64,000 nucleotides of DNA from Candidatus Brocadiia bacterium (GTDB lineage: Bacteria > Planctomycetota > Brocadiia > SM23-32). The first letter of the stretch is position 1. Each line of letters opens with the position of its first letter. The notes under the pieces are model-generated. The model was not told the DNA's origin, did not search any database, and saw only the letters and a program-made list of their open reading frames with translations. The position numbers and the translations under genes were made by a program. The stretch covers positions 95,039 to 159,038 of the forward strand of contig JBKHIT010000005.1 of assembly GCA_046538485.1 (NCBI GenBank). The letters run 5' to 3'. Below are positions 58,083 to 64,000 of this stretch, piece by piece.

Positions 58083-58921
58083 GGCTCCAGGTTCCAGAAA
58101 TCGTCTTTGATCCCCGCCTTTTCGAACATCTCGCCGATCTTATGGAAATCAATGTCATAGTGAGCCGCATGGCAATCCGAACCGATGCTCAGAAGCACTC
58201 CCTGAGACTGTAATTCCGCCAGGTATTTCATGTATTGATCAGCGAACCCGTCCGGATAGGTTGGATTCAGCAGATTTGCACTGACGTTGATTTCAACCGC
58301 CGTGTTATGACTGCGAGCTGCCGCTGCAAATTCGTTATGCATGCATTTTGGTATGACGGAGAAGTCATCAAACCACGGTTCGGCGGTGTATTTGCCCTCG
58401 CTGTCCTTCCAGTGTCCCGCCCACCACCAGGGATGGGCGACGATATCGACAAGGGGGTGAGTGGCCAGGAACATATTCTGCCGGTGGTAGTCGCGGATGA
58501 CAGCTTCGCGCTCCATCGGAACGTACATGGGCCAGTGAGTGCCGGCTACAACGTATTCAATTTGGTAATTTTGGATATCTTCGGCCGTAATGCCGATGGC
58601 CAGTTCACATCCCGGAGGACCGCCCGAACGCACCCCGTAGACTGGATTATCGTAACCGCCGCTCGCGATTTCATCGATTTCCCACTGTGATACACAGCTT
58701 GCCTCGACCCCAAAATGGAAATGGGAGGATGGTTTGACGGACACGTATTCTTCCCGTGAGCTGGCAATATCAGGCAGATTAAAGGGGGTTTGTATGTGAT
58801 CTGTCACTCCGAAGTCTGTAATGCCAAGTGTTTTAGCTTCGCGAACGAGATCGGCCAACTTCATGCAGGCACCGTCGCAGGAGTTTCGGGAATGGATATG
58901 CCAGTCAGAAATTATTTTCAT
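58079..58921 (-). CDS. PHP-domain phosphoesterase (histidinol phosphatase-like)
   Basis: SDWHIHS, GVTDH, GVE, DIVAHP, EIN, SIGSDCH. Confidence 0.88.
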   Translation of the reverse strand: MKIISDWHIHSRNSCDGACMKLADLVREAKTLGITDFGVTDHIQTPFNLPDIASSREEYVSVKPSSHFHFGVEASCVSQWEIDEIASGGYDNPVYGVRSGGPPGCELAIGITAEDIQNYQIEYVVAGTHWPMYVPMEREAVIRDYHRQNMFLATHPLVDIVAHPWWWAGHWKDSEGKYTAEPWFDDFSVIPKCMHNEFAAAARSHNTAVEINVSANLLNPTYPDGFADQYMKYLAELQSQGVLLSIGSDCHAAHYDIDFHKIGEMFEKAGIKDDFWNLEP

Positions 58922-59164
58922 TGTATTATTTGGGAAAGTTTACTTTCTTTGTTGTGGTAAGCTGGTCCGGTTTGTCAGCACAAGGTTGCGGTAGGCATGA
59001 GGGTAGCAGACGGGTTCCAGTAAGTGTATCGAAAATTGACATACTGGGCTGGATGCCGGTGGTTTCAAGGCGAATTTAGTGGGAGGTAAGGTAGGGCAAA
59101 CGGCCCTGATTAGATTGCCCATCATTCCCTGTGTAGTGATTTTGCAACTTTGTCTCAGGCGCAG

Positions 59165-59710
59165 TCATTCGAGCTCAAGGGGATCTTTTTGGTCAACATT
59201 GTCGCCATGAAAGACTTTTACAGGTTTACCCGCTTGCATTTTTATCGCGTGGGGTATGAGATGCTGAAGACAATAAGCGGCTTTTAAGTGCACGTCAGCG
59301 CAATCGGTCAGATCGACGTTTTTGTACACAAGAAATTCACCGGTTTTGACATTGACCATCTTAATTACTGTGCGAGAAGCCGAGTAATCTCCGAAGATAA
59401 CGGCGTCCACATCCGCTATTTTGCCAATGTGAACAGCCGTTTCTCTATCAAAGTTTCCACCACTATGGAGGGGATCCTGTTCGCGGAGAATATGTTCCAT
59501 CGAGGCACGATCCATGATGCCCCATTTGGATTTGTGGACGAGAATTTCGGTGATCTGATCTGTGAACTCCGGCTTTTCAAAGGGCAGGATTGCAACGCGT
59601 TTAATATCGGATTTTTCGTATACTTCGGGACGACCTTGTTTGTATGTGGCACACCCGGCAAAAACTGCCAGAGCAATTGCCAAGTAGCAGCACAGCCGAA
59701 ACCTTGTCAT
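59165..59710 (-). CDS. CsgG/HfaB-like lipoprotein
   Basis: Lipobox FAG-C, RVAILPFE, DRASMEHILREQ, TAVHIGKIADVDAVIFG, KMVNVKTGE. Confidence 0.75.
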   Translation of the reverse strand: MTRFRLCCYLAIALAVFAGCATYKQGRPEVYEKSDIKRVAILPFEKPEFTDQITEILVHKSKWGIMDRASMEHILREQDPLHSGGNFDRETAVHIGKIADVDAVIFGDYSASRTVIKMVNVKTGEFLVYKNVDLTDCADVHLKAAYCLQHLIPHAIKMQAGKPVKVFHGDNVDQKDPLELE

Positions 59711-59989
59711 TTTTCCCCTCCACTCTAAATTCTTTTCTGTGACTGGACATTACAAAGATATTACACAGATTGATGCACAAGATCAAATTTTTTCAGCTGT
59801 TACAACTATTTGCTTGAGCGACGGCCGTTGGCAATCAGAGTGTACGGTAGGGTTTTGAAGGCACATCGTTTGGCAGTAAAATGGGCCGGTGATAGTTGAT
59901 GATTTCCCGTCTCGGCTCCACACTCATTGGGAAAGGAATTTTGATAGTTAGTCTTAGACCATACCTCTGAGAAAGTATTATTTTGCGTT

Positions 59990-60886
59990 ATGAAAAAAAG
60001 TTCTTGTTGGCGCAGTTTTGAATGGTTACGGTTTTCTAAAAAAGCCTTTGAGGGATCGATATGTGCTGAGAGACCCCGGAGAATTCGTCCCGCTTGTCGG
60101 GCGTTTACGCTGATTGAGCTTCTGGTTGTTATTGCCATTATAGCGCTGTTGGCGGCAATGCTGATGGCGGCCACTGAGCGTGCGCGTATGTCTGCCAGAC
60201 GGGCCGTATGCACGAGCAATTTTCGACAGATGGCAACGGGTCTGACACTTTATGCGGGCGATAATGAGGGGGCGCTTTCCTGGCGGCATGGGGTTCTCTG
60301 GTACGTCTGCAATTACGGCACCAACGGTTCGACATGGCACTTCCCACGGGACAATGACTACATTCTGATGGCCATGGAACAGTACGATTTTGGCCCGGCC
60401 ACCGCCCATCCGGAGGTTGGTTCTCCTCCATTAAATGCCCCCGGCAATTTCTGGGACCCTGAGACGATGACTCTGGCCCAGCGTCAGGGCAGCGATAACT
60501 GCCCGTATTCGTTCATATGGGGTTTCTCCTGGCGCCATGCTGCGCCTCCTTTTCAAATAACAGCTCCCGGTCCTCGCCGGGTTATGATGACCGATTTTAC
60601 TTTTGATGCTCCTTCGCAAGGATTCACATGCTACGCTCATCCAAAAGATTCCCCACAGGAGAAGATGGTTGCGAGGGATTTCGGGGCCAATTACAATACC
60701 GCTTACCAGTTTTTCCAGGACGATTCGGCCAACATCGGTGGAAGGGGAATGGAAGCCGTGGGCGGGACGCACGTTTTGTTTTTTGATGGCAGCGTCGCGT
60801 GGTACAAGCCTGACGATCTGGAACCGTGGTGGGGCCATGGTGGAGCAACGATGGTGCCGGCCGATGCAACGTACGGGCCGCCGTAG
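59990..60886 (+). CDS. Prepilin-type (DUF1559-like) protein
   Basis: [34 protein letters not shown]-terminal GGTHVLFFDGSV. Start uncertain. Confidence 0.9.
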   Translation: MKKSSCWRSFEWLRFSKKAFEGSICAERPRRIRPACRAFTLIELLVVIAIIALLAAMLMAATERARMSARRAVCTSNFRQMATGLTLYAGDNEGALSWRHGVLWYVCNYGTNGSTWHFPRDNDYILMAMEQYDFGPATAHPEVGSPPLNAPGNFWDPETMTLAQRQGSDNCPYSFIWGFSWRHAAPPFQITAPGPRRVMMTDFTFDAPSQGFTCYAHPKDSPQEKMVARDFGANYNTAYQFFQDDSANIGGRGMEAVGGTHVLFFDGSVAWYKPDDLEPWWGHGGATMVPADATYGPP

Positions 60887-61011
60887 TGGGTTTGATCCGT
60901 TGACGATAACGGACTGCGGCAGTAGAATCTCCCGTAACAGGCGCGGAAAGTTTTTATGCCACAAGCTGCAATTGGTTTTGGAACCATATTTTTCATGTGG
61001 AGGGATTGATC

Positions 61012-63327
61012 ATGGGCTCGCTTCGTTCTTGCTCGATCTTCAGGTACTGTTTGGTTGTGCTGTTTGCCTTGATCCTGGTCGGCCCGGTGGGCTGCCGTAG
61101 CGCCTCGGCCGTGACGCTTGTCGAGAACGGGAAGCCTCAGGCTGTCCTCGTGATTCCCAAGAAACCTGCCAGGGACGAACAGGATGCTGCGAAAGAGCTT
61201 TGTGACCATATTCGCCTGATGAGCGGGGCGGAACTTGAAATACTGAAAACGACGGCGTCCATGGATCTGAAAGGTCGCGTTCCAGTGCGGCTGGGTAAAG
61301 CGGCTGACCAAGGGCTTGAGGGTATGATCCGCAAGGAGGGCACTGACCCCGCCTCTTTTGCCCTTGTGGTCAAGAAAGACAGTGTTGACATACGAGGCCT
61401 GTCTCCGGAGGGTACGCTTTTCGGTGCGTACGAATTTCTGGAACAACTCGGCGTTCGGTGGTATATGCCCGGTGAATTTGGCCGCGTGGTTCCGAAAACC
61501 AGGAAAGTTATTCTTCAGCAACAGAGCACGGTCCAGGTCCCGTCCTTCCCGGCGCGTTGGGCCGCAGGTTATGCCGGCCGTTTCAAGACGTGGCAACGAA
61601 GGATGCGAATGGGAGGACCTTTCTTCCCGCCGGCCCATGGCGTCCACCTGCCTAAAGGCTATGGGTTCAAGGAACACCCCGAATACTACGCTCTCATCGA
61701 CGGCAAAAGACGTAAACGCCAGTTTTGCGTTTCGAACGAGGATGTGGTGAAGGGGGCTATCGAAACCACACGTGCTTTCTTCCGAAAACATCCGGACAGG
61801 CGGTGGATCGGGATGGGACCGAACGACGGACGGGGTTTCTGCCAGTGCGAAAAATGCCGGGCTCTGGATGGGGGAGATTGGGATCCCTTCGCCAACCACA
61901 TGTCGATGACCGATCGGTATATGTGGTTTTTCAACCGGATTTTGGAAGGGATTAAAGACGAGTTTCCGAACAAAAGGATATGTTTTTACTCCTACGCTTC
62001 TTACAATCGACCTCCGGTAAAAGTTGAACCGAACCCGCGGATCGTTCCGGCCTTTGCTCCCATTACCCTGTGCCGTATCCATGGTCTGGGGAACCCGGTC
62101 TGCCCTGAAAAGAACGAATATTATCGCTGGCTCATTCAGAAGTGGGGCAAGATACTTCCCGACGTGTACGACCGGGGCTACTGGTTCAATCTCGCCGATC
62201 CAGGGACATTGTTCCCCATGGTTCATCGGATCCGCGATCAGGTTCCGCTGGCGCACAAGCTGGGTATCACGGGATGGCGCGTTGAATGTCTGACCCACTG
62301 GGGAAGCGAGGCTCCGTCGCTTTATATCGCGGGGAAACTGATGTGGAACCACAAGGCGGATGTGGATGCATTGCTCAAGGATTTCTACACCCGGTTTTTC
62401 GGTCCGGCGGCCCCCCAGATGGCGGAATATTTCACCACCATCAATGAGACCGTGCGAGATGCCGATTATCATACGGGCAGCAGTTACGATATCCCTCACC
62501 TCTATCCTCTGGAGCTGCGTAAACGGCTCATCGATATCTTTGATGCTGCCAGCGAAGCTGCTCCTGAGGCGCCGTATTCCTCAAGGGTCGAGGCATTCCG
62601 CAGAGTTTTTCTCTATACGGAAGCGTTTTGCCGTATGCTCGAAAAACGGGCCGTTCACGACTGGGCCGGTGCCCAGAAGGCTCTGAAAGATATCGATTCG
62701 CTCCGCGAAAAGCTTGTTTCCTACGACCCACAGCTTGTTAACGGAAGATACGCCGTATCGTATCTCCGTCGGTTCTTCCGGCCCTGCACGGAACAGGGCT
62801 ACGGTCGGACAACGGGTGGGAACCGAATGGTGGTGGGGCTCGACGACGAATGGTCTTTCAAACTGGATCCACAGGGGGTGGGAGAACCACTGAAATTCTA
62901 TAGCGCTGAATTGACCGGTGGTAACTGGCGGACGCTGCGGACCTCCACACTCTCCTGGAGCGACCAGGGTCTGCGTTACTATAAGGGAGATGGTTGGTAC
63001 CGGCAGGTCGTGACTATCCCGGCGGAATACGAGGGTAAGAAGATAATGCTCTGGTTCGGGGGAGTGGACGAGCAGGCGAAAGTCTGGGTGAACGGAAAGT
63101 TGCTCGGAGAGAGCCCGGGCCGTGCTCTTAAGCCTTTCGAAATGGATGCGACGGAATCCGTGCTTTTCGGGGCCAAAAATGTGGTGGTCGTCCGCGTGCG
63201 CAACGAACGTTTGAACGAACTGGGCACAGGAGGGATTACGGCACCGGTCCTTTTCTACGCGTCGGGAGAGGGCGGCCCTGCTGAAAAGGGCGATGATCGC
63301 GATGTCACGCCGGCCGAGTTCCGGTAA
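61012..63327 (+). CDS. Secreted DUF4838-domain protein with a C-terminal GH2-type sugar-binding domain
   Basis: Signal peptide, GTLFGAYEFLEQLGVRW..PG, HPEYYAL, GPNDGRGFCQCEKC. C-terminal W.FK.DP, G.GWYR, L.FGGVDE.A.VWVNG, GGI..PV. Confidence 0.82.
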   Translation: MGSLRSCSIFRYCLVVLFALILVGPVGCRSASAVTLVENGKPQAVLVIPKKPARDEQDAAKELCDHIRLMSGAELEILKTTASMDLKGRVPVRLGKAADQGLEGMIRKEGTDPASFALVVKKDSVDIRGLSPEGTLFGAYEFLEQLGVRWYMPGEFGRVVPKTRKVILQQQSTVQVPSFPARWAAGYAGRFKTWQRRMRMGGPFFPPAHGVHLPKGYGFKEHPEYYALIDGKRRKRQFCVSNEDVVKGAIETTRAFFRKHPDRRWIGMGPNDGRGFCQCEKCRALDGGDWDPFANHMSMTDRYMWFFNRILEGIKDEFPNKRICFYSYASYNRPPVKVEPNPRIVPAFAPITLCRIHGLGNPVCPEKNEYYRWLIQKWGKILPDVYDRGYWFNLADPGTLFPMVHRIRDQVPLAHKLGITGWRVECLTHWGSEAPSLYIAGKLMWNHKADVDALLKDFYTRFFGPAAPQMAEYFTTINETVRDADYHTGSSYDIPHLYPLELRKRLIDIFDAASEAAPEAPYSSRVEAFRRVFLYTEAFCRMLEKRAVHDWAGAQKALKDIDSLREKLVSYDPQLVNGRYAVSYLRRFFRPCTEQGYGRTTGGNRMVVGLDDEWSFKLDPQGVGEPLKFYSAELTGGNWRTLRTSTLSWSDQGLRYYKGDGWYRQVVTIPAEYEGKKIMLWFGGVDEQAKVWVNGKLLGESPGRALKPFEMDATESVLFGAKNVVVVRVRNERLNELGTGGITAPVLFYASGEGGPAEKGDDRDVTPAEFR

Positions 63328-63627
63328 TTCGGTTTTTAGTCTGGCCCCTTCGGATCAGTGCGGTTTTTTCCTTCTCTTCTTCTCATGGTTGCAATATCGT
63401 CCCCGCAAACGTCGAGCGTTGTCCATCCAAAAATACGATTCTGCTCAGCTCGATTGGTGTCGTTTAGATGCTGTGTGTTCTGGGCCTGAAAGGACAGCTC
63501 AATGGGGACGTTTTGGTTGATAGAAAACGATCATGGCGATATCTTGAAGATAGATGGGCCGTAGGTGCATGAGTGTTCGAATTGGGCCGCAAGAGCTATC
63601 GGAGGGATGAGAAGGAGGTTTACAGCA

Positions 63628-63921
63628 ATGAAAAAGGCGCACTTTTTTATCGTCCTGGTGCTTTGCATGTTTTTATCCTTGGGGTTGGCTGCGGGCTGCA
63701 AACAAGAAGGAGGGGACGAGCAGCCGAATCAGAAACGGAAGAATGAAAAGGAAGCCAAAAAAGAAAAGAAAGACAATGTGGGGATGAAAGACGTCATTGA
63801 TTACGGGACGGGTAAAACCCCTCTTGAGATAAAGAAAAAGTCCGAGAAGAAAATTAAAGAGATCCAGGAAAAGCACAACAAACAGCTGGAAGAGGCGGGT
63901 CTTGATACGAGCACCGATTGA
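63628..63921 (+). CDS. Small lipoprotein, unknown function
   Basis: RBS AGGAGG, lipobox LAAG-C, Lys/Glu-rich mature part. Confidence 0.7.
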   Translation: MKKAHFFIVLVLCMFLSLGLAAGCKQEGGDEQPNQKRKNEKEAKKEKKDNVGMKDVIDYGTGKTPLEIKKKSEKKIKEIQEKHNKQLEEAGLDTSTD

Positions 63922-64000
63922 ATGGAATCAGGTCAAATTCCATCGGCACATGCCATGAAAGGAAACAATATGCCGAGTATTTGGCGAAAGGGAAGTCATT

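Noticed and set aside
60703..62499. Long antisense ORFs (also 35668-37233, 44993-46339, 25675-26700, 29684-30670, 22612-23571, 55399-56307)
   Set aside because: These are shadow frames opposite well-supported genes in GC-rich DNA and have no recognisable motifs.

Overview
64 kb of bacterial chromosome, most likely from the Planctomycetota. This is inferred from three DUF1559-type prepilin-like genes, a NadB with the RYLVxF N-terminal extension, a DUF4175-like membrane protein, and many sulfatases and sugar-catabolic hypotheticals. About 46 coding loci mix housekeeping genes (tmk, gpsA, tldD/pmbA, nadB, tRNA-Arg(CCG)) with carbohydrate and sulfate-ester catabolism genes. No CRISPR array, rRNA, transposase, integrase, reverse transcriptase or prophage gene is visible. 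The most interesting signals lie outside the ORF track. (1) A family of strand-specific G.T-containing hairpin repeats occurs in several spacers; one copy is split into two complementary halves in opposite orientation around a 2.4 kb two-gene cassette, the signature of an inversion through the hairpin. (2) Several genes appear internally deleted or fused: a two-body pilin-like chimaera, a 200 nt UROD-family remnant and a shortened hypothetical gene. A stand-alone XPF/ERCC4 nuclease lies in the same window. (3) The tRNA-Arg has a compensatory A19-U56 elbow pair in place of G19-C56. (4) Two enzymes have non-canonical active sites: a Thr-type sulfatase-like protein and a CxxC-less TlpA-like lipoprotein. 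(5) Two genes carry single-base frameshifts. All family assignments come from motif recognition by eye, not database searches, and I cannot claim that any of this is a proven new system.
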